Shown here: one piece after another, positions 21,207 to 32,050 of the stretch
Numbering within the stretch: position 1 is the stretch's first letter
Layout: each line of letters starts with the position of its first letter
Assembly: GCA_929200535.1 (NCBI GenBank)
Contig: CAKMZV010000003.1
Coordinates: forward strand, 25,171-89,170
Source: an uncultured Gammaproteobacteria bacterium
Lineage (GTDB): Bacteria; Pseudomonadota; Gammaproteobacteria; CAKMZV01
DNA length: 64,000 nucleotides
Direction: 5' to 3'
Notes under the pieces: generated by a model
What the model saw: only the letters and a program-made list of their open reading frames with translations
Database searches by the model: none
Told to the model about the DNA's origin: nothing
Translations under genes and position numbers: made by a program

Positions 21207-22649
21207 ATGGAAAAAAACAACACCGTCCAAACTGTCCCCTCTGATAATCATTATTCTGATGATGAAATTGACCTACGCCAAATATGCCAAAAAATTTGGC
21301 ACATCCGCTGGAAAGTCATTCTATTCTCAACCTTGTTTTTCACCTTAGGAGCATTATTTATCAGCATAAACTACTATAAAAATCAAAAAACAACCACACT
21401 GTCATATGTTGTTCATTTAGACAAAATCATAAACTCGAGATACCCTGACGGTACACAATTTAATCTTTCACATCTAACGCTACCCATAATCTTTACCCAA
21501 ACAAAAAAAGAATTAAATCTAACAGACCTTGACTACAAAAAATTTTCTGCTGCTCTCCAAATCACCTACTACAATCCTAACATTACGTTACTTAAAGAAC
21601 GCTTTGACGAACTTGCACGCGAGAAAAAAAATAAAAACCCCCAATCTATCCAAGCCCTCCAACAAGCTCTAAACGATCAACAAAATCAAAAAAGCAGCAT
21701 TCGCCTTATCTTAACTAATTCCTTAGGGCTAACCACTAACCAACAAGAAACACTACTGCTTTCCTTAGTAAAAAACTGGTCTGATTATTTTGTTGCTGAT
21801 GGGGTAATATCACACTTAAAAATCGAGTCACTGCCACCTTATATTGTTGAAAACTCTCCAACAGCCTATTTCAATATCGTCTCCTTTAGAGAGTATATGC
21901 TTGAGGTTAAAGATATTTTAAAAACCCTTATTCAAACTAATAAAGAACAAAAAAAATTTGAAAACACTAATAATCTCCTAAGGCTCCAAAACCGCATAAA
22001 TTCATTAGAAAAAAACTACCTTATTACCCTGCACCAATTATTCAACATAAACGAGAAAAAAACCAAAAAATTATTACAAAATAAACTCCTTATCGAAGAA
22101 AAAAAAGAGATCTTGATTGGGCTTAAAAAATCATTACAAGACATTCAAACAACCCTTTTAAAAAACCATACCCCTCTACCTTTATCCATCAATTCTGATC
22201 ACAATAAAACCTCTTCCCTGCCAGTATTTGACATCATTGCGGTAGGGAAAAAAGTTGGTTTTTCTGAAATCTATGAAAAGCTACTCAAACAAAAATTAGA
22301 TTTAGAGAGGGAAATCGCACAATTAAGGAACGATGAAGACAACCTTTCAAATCACTTCTCCGTCTATCTAAATTCACAAAGAAAACCAAGCACCATAAAA
22401 ATTAAACAATATGTAGCATTCACCCAACAATTTATAAGCATCAGTGAACAAATAAACCAACTCGCAAAAGAATACACAGCCCACTTCACCAATCCTAAAA
22501 CACAAACTCTCTACTCACAAAGCTATCAGCCCACTCACCTAAAAAACACATTTTCATTAAAAAAACAGTTAGTTATAGTGCTTGCCATATCGCTTTTCTT
22601 ATCCCTTATAACAACAATTATTTTGTTGTTAAGACAACCTAAAAAATAA
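21207..22649 (+). CDS. wzz: Wzz/polysaccharide co-polymerase-like chain-length protein
   Basis: DDEIDLRQICQKIW start, N- and C-terminal TM helices, coiled-coil periplasmic region; first gene of the glycan locus. Confidence 0.75.
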   Translation: MEKNNTVQTVPSDNHYSDDEIDLRQICQKIWHIRWKVILFSTLFFTLGALFISINYYKNQKTTTLSYVVHLDKIINSRYPDGTQFNLSHLTLPIIFTQTKKELNLTDLDYKKFSAALQITYYNPNITLLKERFDELAREKKNKNPQSIQALQQALNDQQNQKSSIRLILTNSLGLTTNQQETLLLSLVKNWSDYFVADGVISHLKIESLPPYIVENSPTAYFNIVSFREYMLEVKDILKTLIQTNKEQKKFENTNNLLRLQNRINSLEKNYLITLHQLFNINEKKTKKLLQNKLLIEEKKEILIGLKKSLQDIQTTLLKNHTPLPLSINSDHNKTSSLPVFDIIAVGKKVGFSEIYEKLLKQKLDLEREIAQLRNDEDNLSNHFSVYLNSQRKPSTIKIKQYVAFTQQFISISEQINQLAKEYTAHFTNPKTQTLYSQSYQPTHLKNTFSLKKQLVIVLAISLFLSLITTIILLLRQPKK

Positions 22650-22664
22650 ACACCTCTCAAACTT

Positions 22665-23984
22665 ATGCAAAATAAAACCTCTCAAAAAATTGTTTATGTT
22701 GGTATGAGTGCCGATCTCATACACGAGGGACACATTAATATTCTTAACAAAGCTGCCTCTCTCGGAAAAGTTGTCGTAGGATTGCTTACAGATGAAGCTA
22801 TTGCAAGCTACAAACGTGTTCCACATATGAATTTTGAACAACGTAAAGTAATCATTAATAGTATCAAAGGGGTAGATCAAGTTGAAGCACAACACACCTT
22901 AGATTACACCGATAATCTAACTAAAATCAAACCAAACTATGTCGTTCATGGTGATGATTGGAAAGAAGGTGTGCAAGCAACAACTCGCCAAAAAGTTATC
23001 GACACACTCCAACAATGGGGAGGTGAATTAATTGAAGTCGGTTATACTCCCGGCATTTCTTCGACTCAACTGCATCGCTCTATTAAAGAAATTGCCAGCA
23101 CACCAGATGTGCGTCTCAAACGCCTACGGAGATTACTACAGATTAAACCACTTATTCGAGTCAACGAAGTTCATAATGGATTGTCTGCTTTGATTACTGA
23201 AAAAACATCAGTGGATAAAGAAGATATGAAAACAGAATTTGATGCTATGTGGGCAAGTAGTCTAACCGACTCAACGGCTAAAGGAAAACCTGATATAGAA
23301 GCAGTAGATGTTTCTTCAAGGCTATCCTCTGTCAATGATATATTTGAGGTCACGACAAAGCCAATGCTGTTTGATGCCGACACAGGTGGAAAAGTTGAGC
23401 ATCTTGCCTTCACGATTCGTTCGCTTGAACGTCTTGGTGTCTCGGCTGCCGTGATAGAAGATAAAACAGGACTGAAAAAAAATTCACTCTTTGGCAATGA
23501 TGTTGAGCAGCACCAAGCCACCATCGAAGAATTTCAAGCTAAAATACGCGTTGCCAAAGAAGCGCAAATTACTGATGATTTTATGCTTATTTCACGTATT
23601 GAAAGCCTCATTTTGGAAAAAGGAATGGAGGATGCGTTAGCACGAGCAAGGGCTTATATTGAAGCAGGTAGTGATGGTATTATGATTCATAGCAGGCAAA
23701 AATCACCTGAAGAAATATTTGAGTTTTGTAAACAATACCACAGCAACCTACCAAAAACAGTTCCGTTAATGGTTGTGCCTTCCAGTTTTAACTCAGTCAC
23801 CGAAGATGAATGGATTAATCAAGGCGTGCAAATTGTGGTATATGCTAATCATATGCTCCGCTCAGCCTATCCAGCAATGTTAAATGTTGCACAATCCATA
23901 CTACGCCATGGTCGTAGTGCCGAAGCGGATCCTAATTGTCTCCCTATTAAAGAGATATTGGAGCTTATTCCGGGTACAAAATAA
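22665..23984 (+). CDS. pepM: Cytidylyltransferase-phosphoenolpyruvate mutase fusion
   Basis: N-terminal ADLIHEGH (HxGH) and VVHGDDW; PepM-diagnostic [10 protein letters not shown] (EDKx5NS). Confidence 0.96.
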   Translation: MQNKTSQKIVYVGMSADLIHEGHINILNKAASLGKVVVGLLTDEAIASYKRVPHMNFEQRKVIINSIKGVDQVEAQHTLDYTDNLTKIKPNYVVHGDDWKEGVQATTRQKVIDTLQQWGGELIEVGYTPGISSTQLHRSIKEIASTPDVRLKRLRRLLQIKPLIRVNEVHNGLSALITEKTSVDKEDMKTEFDAMWASSLTDSTAKGKPDIEAVDVSSRLSSVNDIFEVTTKPMLFDADTGGKVEHLAFTIRSLERLGVSAAVIEDKTGLKKNSLFGNDVEQHQATIEEFQAKIRVAKEAQITDDFMLISRIESLILEKGMEDALARARAYIEAGSDGIMIHSRQKSPEEIFEFCKQYHSNLPKTVPLMVVPSSFNSVTEDEWINQGVQIVVYANHMLRSAYPAMLNVAQSILRHGRSAEADPNCLPIKEILELIPGTK

Positions 23985-25115
23985 ATGATTTGTCCTGATT
24001 TTTTTCATCGAACACTTAAAGACAACGGGGTTGATTTTTTTACGGGCGTGCCTGACTCCTTACTCAAAGAGTTTGGTAATTTTGTCTCCTCAATGCTCCC
24101 TACTACTCAGCATACCATTGCAGCAAACGAAGGAGCTGCTGTTGGGTTAGCAATTGGACATCACCTTGCTACTGGGAAAATTCCTTTAGTTTATCTTCAA
24201 AATTCAGGGTTAGGCAATACAATTAATCCCCTTGTTTCACTGGCGGATCCTACCGTTTATGGCATTCCTCTATTGCTTCTCATTGGCTGGCGTGGAGAAC
24301 CTGATATTCCAGATGAACCACAACATAAAAAACAAGGCCCCATCACCTTACCTACGCTGGACGCAATGGATATTAAATGGGCAACACTTCATAAGGACCT
24401 TTCATCCAAAGAAGTCATTTCAACCGTTGATACTGCTCTTCAACACTGCCGTCAACAACAAGCACCCTTTGCCTTAGTCGTGCATAAAAATACCTTTGAA
24501 AAATTCACTAAACCCAAACACACATCAGACTTAATTTTGCAACGTGAACAAGCAATTGCAACCATAATGAAATTTATCCAGCCTGATGATATTGTTGTCG
24601 CCACAACTGGGATGATTTCACGTGAGCTATATGAGCAAAGAGAAATGCAAAATCAATCTCATCAACAAGATTTTTTAGTCGTTGGGGGAATGGGTCATTG
24701 TAGTTCTATTGCCCTACGTATAGCTATGGAAAAACCTAACCGAACAATCTATTGCCTTGATGGTGATGGTTCAATACTTATGCATATGGGCTCTTTAGCC
24801 GTTGCCGGCACCAGTGCTTGTAAAAATTTTAAACACATCGTACTTAATAATGGCGTACATGATTCAGTCGGAGGACAACCCACTGTGGGTCTGACTATTG
24901 ATATGCCAAATATTGCCAAAAACTGCCACTATCGCCATACTCACTCGGTTGAAACAAGCGAGCAACTTGAAAATACTCTACCTGATTTCATCAATCAATC
25001 AGGACCTTGCTTTTTACAAGTTTGTGTCAAACCTGGCAATCGTGCTGACCTTGGCAGACCAACACAAACACCCCAAGAATGCAAAGTGCATTTTATGCAA
25101 CACCTCTCCTCATAA
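23985..25115 (+). CDS. aepY: Phosphonopyruvate decarboxylase
   Basis: FFTGVPDSLLK, ANEGAAVG, YLQNSGLGN, DEPQH, DGDGSILMHMG..LNNGVHDSVGGQ. Confidence 0.95.
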   Translation: MICPDFFHRTLKDNGVDFFTGVPDSLLKEFGNFVSSMLPTTQHTIAANEGAAVGLAIGHHLATGKIPLVYLQNSGLGNTINPLVSLADPTVYGIPLLLLIGWRGEPDIPDEPQHKKQGPITLPTLDAMDIKWATLHKDLSSKEVISTVDTALQHCRQQQAPFALVVHKNTFEKFTKPKHTSDLILQREQAIATIMKFIQPDDIVVATTGMISRELYEQREMQNQSHQQDFLVVGGMGHCSSIALRIAMEKPNRTIYCLDGDGSILMHMGSLAVAGTSACKNFKHIVLNNGVHDSVGGQPTVGLTIDMPNIAKNCHYRHTHSVETSEQLENTLPDFINQSGPCFLQVCVKPGNRADLGRPTQTPQECKVHFMQHLSS

Positions 25116-25127
25116 AACATCTATCTA

Positions 25128-26243
25128 ATGAAACAACAACTCTACATCAATCAAGGATTTGCAGCTTGGGATGGTATCCTAAAACAATATCAACCCCAAA
25201 AAACCCTACTTGTATGTGGAAAGCAATCCTATCGCTCCATAGAAGCAATTGTACAACCCCTACTAACTCAACTATCAGGAAAAATAATTACTTTTAATGA
25301 GTTTGGTAAAAAGCCTTGTATTGAGGATATTTTCCGTGGCATCACCTTATGTCGAGAAGAGAACGTTGATTTAATTATTGCCATTGGGGGTGGCCATTGC
25401 ATTGATACAGCAAAGGCCATTAATTTATTAAGCAAACAACCTATTTCACTTAATAATGCCAATGATTTAGCAGAAAGCATTCGTGGCAACACGACATTAA
25501 TCCCAACTGAATGCCCTCTAATTGTGATGCCCACCACATGCGGATCAGGCTCTGAAGCCACACACTTTGCCGTCGTTTATATTGGCTCCGACAAATTCTC
25601 ATTAGCCCACCCCAGCATCTTGGCTGATTGGGTAATTGCTGATAAATGTTTAGTCAACTCACTACCTCACTCAATCGCTGTATATACAGCCTTAGATGCT
25701 CTATGCCAAGCCATAGAATCCTACTGGTCAGTCGGTGCAACACAAGAGAGTGAAGAGTACGCACTCAATGCCTTAAAAATCATTAGCCCGCATCTTCAAA
25801 ACCAATTTACTATAAATGATCAATTTTTTACGGATATGGTACTCGCTGCAAACTATGCTGGTCGTGCCATTAATATTTCCAAAACAACTGCCCCACACGC
25901 CCTATCCTACTACTTAACCGATCAATTTGATGTCCCCCATGGGATTGCCGTGGCACTAACTCTTGGAGCCGTAGCAACCTATACTGAAATCAATGCAGAA
26001 AATCACACTCAGAAAAAAATACAAACAATAAAGAATATACTTAATTTTTCAGATGAATTTTCTCAGTCATGGTACGACTTTATTGCTTCACTTGATATTG
26101 CTTGCAAATTATCTGACTACAATCTGAAAGAAGAACACTTAGAAAAAATGGTGAACTCAGTTAATTTACAAAGACTTGCCAATCACCCAATTAATTTTGA
26201 TACAAAACAACTAAAACAGGTGCTGAAATCACGCTATATTTAA
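25128..26243 (+). CDS. Phosphonoacetaldehyde reductase (Fe-ADH family, PhpC/FomC-like)
   Basis: AIGGG..IDTAK, PTTCGSGSEAT, DALCQAIES, HALSY, PHG; third gene after pepM-ppd. Confidence 0.88.
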   Translation: MKQQLYINQGFAAWDGILKQYQPQKTLLVCGKQSYRSIEAIVQPLLTQLSGKIITFNEFGKKPCIEDIFRGITLCREENVDLIIAIGGGHCIDTAKAINLLSKQPISLNNANDLAESIRGNTTLIPTECPLIVMPTTCGSGSEATHFAVVYIGSDKFSLAHPSILADWVIADKCLVNSLPHSIAVYTALDALCQAIESYWSVGATQESEEYALNALKIISPHLQNQFTINDQFFTDMVLAANYAGRAINISKTTAPHALSYYLTDQFDVPHGIAVALTLGAVATYTEINAENHTQKKIQTIKNILNFSDEFSQSWYDFIASLDIACKLSDYNLKEEHLEKMVNSVNLQRLANHPINFDTKQLKQVLKSRYI

Positions 26244-26536
26244 GTACTCAAATCCTGTGCTGATTTTTTGCAGACTTCCATACTATAAATATTTCCGACT
26301 ATTTCCGATCTGCAAAATATTTTTCATAGTACCTTAACCTTATACCAATGATAGCCCAAAAATGTACTGCCATTATCAAAACCTTTACAACAACAATGGG
26401 ATAAAGCATACAACATATGTTTATACGGAATATGACATTGGTTTATCCAAAGGACGAAATATTACTGTGAGTTATGTTAAACTATAGCCTCAAGTCTCTT
26501 AACCAAAAAAAGCTAATTTTCATATAAAGCTCACCT

Positions 26537-27769
26537 ATGAAGCGTAGGATACTCTCAAATGCAGCTTCCTTAACAGTGATTCAAGTAGCGAATTATGTCA
26601 CTCCCTTAATCGTGCTCGTTTATCTTGCCCGTATATTAGGAACTGAGCTTTATGGAGTTCTAGCATTTTCTCAAGCGATTATAACCATAAGTAGTATATT
26701 TACAGACTTTGGATATTCTTTATCTGCGACAGACAAAATTTCAAAGAATAGAGAGAAGCTTAATTTTGTATCCACAATTATAGGCGGGATTTATTCTTTT
26801 CAATTTTTACTCTTTATATGTTGTGCAATAGTAATTATTACATTTGCACATTTCAGTCAGACATATCATGAACACAAGACTTTATTATTACTAACACTAG
26901 TGCCAGTCTTTGCACAAACATTCTATCCTTTGTGGTTCTTCCAAGGCATAGAAAAAATGAATTTACTAGCTTTTTTTTCTATTACTATCAAAATAATATA
27001 TGTACTTCTGGTAATTTACTTCATAAAAACCCCCAAAGACTATACTTTTGTTCCTTTACTTAGTGGGCTTGCACACGGCACTGGTCTCTGTATGTCTATA
27101 GCTATAATTTACAGATTAGGTTACAAAATAATTATCCCGAATAAAACAAAAATATTGTACTGCATTAGTTTTTCTAGAAAATTTTTTGTTTCACGTATGC
27201 TTGTTATGATTTACATGAATAGCTCAGTTTTAATTCTTGGGCTTATTGCAAACTCATCTATTGTCGCCACATACTCAATAGCAGAGCAACTATATAAAGC
27301 AATGCAATCTGCAATAAGTCCACTATCTGCAGCGACATATCCATTTATGGCAAAGGAAAAAGATATTAAGCTGATGATGAAATTAATATATTACTGTGTT
27401 TTTTTTGTTATTGTAGGAGCTATTTTAGGATATTTTATTAGCCCCACTCTAATACACTATTTTTTTGATCAGTCATGGGAAAACTCCTTGTCCATACTAA
27501 ATATATTTTTTATTGCAATTGTATTTCACGCAGGTACTGTAATGACTGGCTATCCTCTTGCAACAGCAGTGGGTCGTATAGACGTTGCTAATTCATCGGT
27601 TATTACTGGTGCTCTTATCTACTGTACTGGCATTATCGTATTATTTTTATTTGGACAAATAAACCCGTTAATGCTAGCCTTTCTTATGATTATTAGTGAG
27701 CTTGGGGTTTTAGCCAAACGGGCTTTTATACTGATACCCGTGGCAATGCAAAAAATATCAAATGACTGA
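26537..27769 (+). CDS. wzx: Wzx flippase
   Basis: YLARILG..YG, PLWFFQGIEKM, YSIAEQLY; about 12 TM helices. Confidence 0.9.
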   Translation: MKRRILSNAASLTVIQVANYVTPLIVLVYLARILGTELYGVLAFSQAIITISSIFTDFGYSLSATDKISKNREKLNFVSTIIGGIYSFQFLLFICCAIVIITFAHFSQTYHEHKTLLLLTLVPVFAQTFYPLWFFQGIEKMNLLAFFSITIKIIYVLLVIYFIKTPKDYTFVPLLSGLAHGTGLCMSIAIIYRLGYKIIIPNKTKILYCISFSRKFFVSRMLVMIYMNSSVLILGLIANSSIVATYSIAEQLYKAMQSAISPLSAATYPFMAKEKDIKLMMKLIYYCVFFVIVGAILGYFISPTLIHYFFDQSWENSLSILNIFFIAIVFHAGTVMTGYPLATAVGRIDVANSSVITGALIYCTGIIVLFLFGQINPLMLAFLMIISELGVLAKRAFILIPVAMQKISND

Positions 27770-27906
27770 TAATAGCAGTCTATAATATACAGTGCTGTTT
27801 ACTAAGTGTTTTCTACTAAAGATACCCTTAAATGTTAAACAATCAAAAATAAATTATAAATAGAAAAATAAATTTTTCTTAAGAACACGGCCATAGAGTA
27901 GAAAAT

Positions 27907-29322
27907 ATGCAACAGCTTGAACATATCGTACAAATACAAAATATTTTATCAAGATACAATCTCACTAATTTTATTGACTCTGGCACTTTATTGGGACTTA
28001 TAAGAGAAAATAGAATTTTGCCTTGGGATAACGATATTGATATCGCCATTATTGATGATGGAAGCATCGATATGGCAAAACTATATTCTGCTTTCACCAA
28101 TATGGGATACAACGTAAAAATGAATATGGATGGAATTCTACTTGAAAACAAAAATACGATAGAAATAAATCTCAAATTTTACCAAAAATTGGATAATAAA
28201 ATTTATACAATTTACAAATATAGTAATGCTAAGGCAAAATTTCTAAAAACACTAAATAATATTATTGTTACAGATAGTTGGTATATAGACAAGCGTAATT
28301 CCAAAAAAACAATAAAGTATATTATTAAAAGAATCAATTTACTAATCCCCAATTCTTTAAGTCAGAAGTTCTTAAAGTCCAAAAATTATGTCAGTATTCT
28401 GAGTGGCTCAATAGTTGAACCAATAAATACCATTGAAATAGGGGAACATTCATTTAAAGTACCTGCATTTCCAGAAATATATTTAGAAAAAAAATATGGC
28501 AAAAACTGGAAAACACCTGTTAAAAATTATTCATATTCAACAGATGATTGTACGATAGTTGAATACAAGATGAATTTAACAGATGTTCTTTATTTATTAC
28601 AAATAGTACGGAATATTTTTTTTAAATATAATGCAGAAGTGTACTTATCAGCAGGCACTTTATTAGGAGCTATACGAGATGGAAATATAATTCCATGGGA
28701 CTATGATATCGATTTAGCCTCAAAAGAATCGTATTTAAATAAAGCTGAAATGATTGCACAAGAGTTATCTGATTTAGGGGTAACTGTTTTTTTGTCAAAA
28801 TTTACCAATGTAATGGCTCTGTATTATAAAGGAATCACTGTTGATATAGATTTTTATCGCAGTGATGGTAAATATTTAACTATGCCAATGAAACATATTA
28901 ATAATAAATGGGGTGCTTTGATTTACTTCATAGACTGGCTATTTTGTTTTGAACCCAAATCGAGTGTATTTAATTCGATGAAAAATAACGTAACATTAGC
29001 AATCCCTAGGCACGTATTGTCTAGTATTCTAACAAAACTACCTACTACATTAAAAAAAGCTGCTATAAACTTTCTTACCAAATGTGCCCAAACTACTGGT
29101 AATTCAAGAGGTTCTGTAAAAATTCCCAACAAGCTTATAGGCAATTTTAAAGAAATAAAAATATTTAATAGTAAATGGTTAATCCCTGAAAAATATGAAG
29201 AATATTTAGAACTGTATTATGGTAACTGGAAGATTAAGGAGAAAAAATTTGACTATCATAACTCCTCCGGTGAAGTATCCAGCTCTACTCAGATCCCAAA
29301 CGAAAAATGGGAAATTAAGTAA
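27907..29322 (+). CDS. Tandem two-domain LicD-family phosphotransferase
   Basis: SGTLLGLIR..PWDNDIDI and AGTLLGAIR..PWDYDIDL, each followed by a P..Y/PE.YLE..YG.W motif. Confidence 0.85.
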   Translation: MQQLEHIVQIQNILSRYNLTNFIDSGTLLGLIRENRILPWDNDIDIAIIDDGSIDMAKLYSAFTNMGYNVKMNMDGILLENKNTIEINLKFYQKLDNKIYTIYKYSNAKAKFLKTLNNIIVTDSWYIDKRNSKKTIKYIIKRINLLIPNSLSQKFLKSKNYVSILSGSIVEPINTIEIGEHSFKVPAFPEIYLEKKYGKNWKTPVKNYSYSTDDCTIVEYKMNLTDVLYLLQIVRNIFFKYNAEVYLSAGTLLGAIRDGNIIPWDYDIDLASKESYLNKAEMIAQELSDLGVTVFLSKFTNVMALYYKGITVDIDFYRSDGKYLTMPMKHINNKWGALIYFIDWLFCFEPKSSVFNSMKNNVTLAIPRHVLSSILTKLPTTLKKAAINFLTKCAQTTGNSRGSVKIPNKLIGNFKEIKIFNSKWLIPEKYEEYLELYYGNWKIKEKKFDYHNSSGEVSSSTQIPNEKWEIK

Positions 29323-29350
29323 TCTTAATGAATATAAGCCCCCCTAAATT

Positions 29351-30636
29351 ATGTCGTATTTTTCACTGCTAATATTAATTACTAGTCATGTTATGTGCTG
29401 GTGGCTCATTGGCGGAAGACAAAAATTACAACATAGTCCAGTCAAAATCAGCACCTTACTTAGTGGAATACACACTATCCCACACTATATTATTTGTACA
29501 ATTTCCCCAGAAAATTCTTGGCTATACCCCTCTCTTGGTAATAAATATATCATTTATTTGATAGAGTTTGGAATTCTGTATTCTTTAGGGTTATTTATAC
29601 AAGCGCTCTGTATAAGTACCGCTAGCAAAATAAAAATGCCAATAGCTACTAAATTAACTATAGAGCCTCATTATCCTTTTAGAAAAGCCGCATTACTGCT
29701 ATTTACAGTTTATATATCAATACTATTGGTATATTTTAATAAAATTGGTGGGTTGCAATACTACCTTACTCATTTTAATAACCGAGATGAGTTGCGAGCT
29801 GGCCTTGGGATACTAGATATGTGTAAATTTCCTGTCGCATATTTAACTATATTATTTTTAGTAGCTTCCTCCCTAAATCTTCGTCTAACCTTTTTTTTCT
29901 TATTGTAATCTTTATGGCAATGATTGAAATGCTATTCGGTGGACGCAGAAATCCAATCCAATTTTTGTTATTTGGGTTAATAGGCTTATTAATGGTTGAT
30001 AAAAATAGACAACTATTTTCACCAAGCAGTATAGTTATTACACTTCTCTCCATATCAATTTTTATTGGTTTGTACTCCTTTAGAGCATTACATGTATCTC
30101 AATCCGAAGTAGATATTGATATCTTGACGTATGTACTGAATATTAGCTACAATGATATCTATATCTTTATAATATCTCATTTTTCTAATAATGATTTTTG
30201 GTATGGTTCTATATATCTAGATATTTTTTATAAAATTTTCTCTTACTTTAATGGTTCAACAGGTCCATCGCTAGACGAAGGGCTTTATATATATAATATC
30301 TATAGAGGAAATTTCATTGAGCCACCCATGATCTTGGAGCAAATATATCAAAATTCATTCCCACCTAGGACTTTTGGTAATGGTTATATAAACTTTGGAA
30401 TCGCAGGAGTATTAATATTTTTTTCTATCAAAGGTACGCTAACTGGTCTAGCTTATAAAATCATGACTAAATCTAACTATAATCCTATTTTTATGTATAT
30501 TTACTTAATCATGATTTTTTCTTTTCAATTAAGTAATTTAAAATTATTTGAATTTATGACTATTTGTAGTGCATTAATACTCCTATCAATACCATTAAGA
30601 TTAATTAAAAAACGGCAAACTACCACCTATAGATAG
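29351..30636 (+). pseudogene. wzy: Wzy O-antigen polymerase split by a frameshift at T8 (29891-29898)
   Basis: Two hydrophobic ORFs (29351-29908, 29914-30636) join into one frame if one T is added; GGRR and GYINFGIAGV Wzy-like motifs. Confidence 0.75.
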
Positions 30637-30906
30637 ATTTAATTTCTTGATTTAAATGAAAAAAAATTGTCTACAATATTTAGTAGAATCATGCGAGTAA
30701 GTACCAAAACTTTTTTTGTAACCAACACGCCTCTAAAAATATTAATATTATTACACTCAAAAATGAGTTGAATTTAAACTAATAGCAATTTTTATATACA
30801 AAATATGAACAGTAAAAAATGAAAAATCGCATGGATTGTCATTGTGGAACTTTTATGAATAGATTTGAAACTGTTTTTTTAGTTTAACAAAAATTATTAA
30901 CATTTC

Positions 30907-32034
30907 ATGAATGAACGAGAGGGAATTTTAAATAAAAAAATATTTTTTATTGGGACATTACCACCACCTATTGATGGACAATCAAAAATTGCATCAATCG
31001 TATTGGAAACGATGTATGAAAACAATGCAGACGTGATGGTGCTCAACCTCAATAGAGCTAGGATTTCACGAACTTTTACAGATCAAATTAGGCGTTTTTT
31101 TGGGATATTATTGATTTATTCAAAAGTGATTTTGAGTCAAAAAAATGTAGATTCAATTTATTTTACTATCTCAGAATCTAAATTAGGTAATGTGAAAGAT
31201 TTAATTTTGTATTTATTAATTTACAAAAGACTCAAATTGCTAACCATACATATGTTAGGGGGAGCTAATATGGATAAAATTTTAAATAATAATAGCTTAT
31301 TATCTATGCTGAATGTTTTTTTTATGAAAAAAATGCGTAATGTTATAGTAGAAGGTGCACGTGGTCAGCAAATATTCGCAAAGACATTTACAAAAAATAA
31401 TATTCACATCACCCCTAATTTTGCCGATGAATTTCTATTTTCATCAAAAGAGATATGTCTGGAAAAATATGAAAACATTGAAAAAATAAAATTATTGTAT
31501 CTTAGCAATATGATACCTGAAAAAGGATACTTAACACTAGTTAAAGCTATCCAGCTGTTGCCATCTAAAATCATGTCTCAATTTGAGATAACATTTGTTG
31601 GCGGATTTCAACACCAGAAACATCAAAAAGAATTTAATGAATGTATTCGAAACATGCCTATGATAAAATATCTAGGTCCATTCATTGATGGAGAGAAAAA
31701 AAAATCTCTTTACCTGTCTTCACATATCTTTTGCTTGCCAACATATTACCCTTATGAAGGACAACCTGTCAGTATATTGGAGGCATATGCAACAGGTTGT
31801 GCTGTTATAACTACTGAACACGGAGGCATTTTAGATATTTTCAAAGATAATATTAATGGATTTACTGTTAAAGCTAATTCTCCCGCGGCTTTATCTTCGT
31901 GTATGCGTTCCATTGCTACAGATCGACAAAAATTAAAATATTTTGCATTACGTAATATTGAAGATGCGATTACAATGTATACAAAGCATAGATTTAAATC
32001 ACAAATATCGGATATATTCTTTCTAACTCATTAA
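30907..32034 (+). CDS. GT4 glycosyltransferase
   Basis: LPPPIDGQ, EKG, EGQPVSILEAYATG (Ex7E). Confidence 0.88.
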   Translation: MNEREGILNKKIFFIGTLPPPIDGQSKIASIVLETMYENNADVMVLNLNRARISRTFTDQIRRFFGILLIYSKVILSQKNVDSIYFTISESKLGNVKDLILYLLIYKRLKLLTIHMLGGANMDKILNNNSLLSMLNVFFMKKMRNVIVEGARGQQIFAKTFTKNNIHITPNFADEFLFSSKEICLEKYENIEKIKLLYLSNMIPEKGYLTLVKAIQLLPSKIMSQFEITFVGGFQHQKHQKEFNECIRNMPMIKYLGPFIDGEKKKSLYLSSHIFCLPTYYPYEGQPVSILEAYATGCAVITTEHGGILDIFKDNINGFTVKANSPAALSSCMRSIATDRQKLKYFALRNIEDAITMYTKHRFKSQISDIFFLTH

Positions 32035-32050
32035 AATTACTTAAAATTAA

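Larger units (their letters stand above)
22605..26482 (+). repeat. 3,878-bp direct repeat, copy 1 (HEP biosynthesis cassette)
   Basis: Constant offset of 26,927 bp to 49532-53409; all ORF translations identical; both borders checked base by base. Confidence 0.95.

Noticed and set aside
22665-26243. Phosphonate antibiotic, methylphosphonate or aminoethylphosphonate pathway
   Set aside because: No MpnS/HepD dioxygenase, AEP transaminase, radical-SAM or NRPS gene is in the window; the context is entirely glycan biosynthesis.
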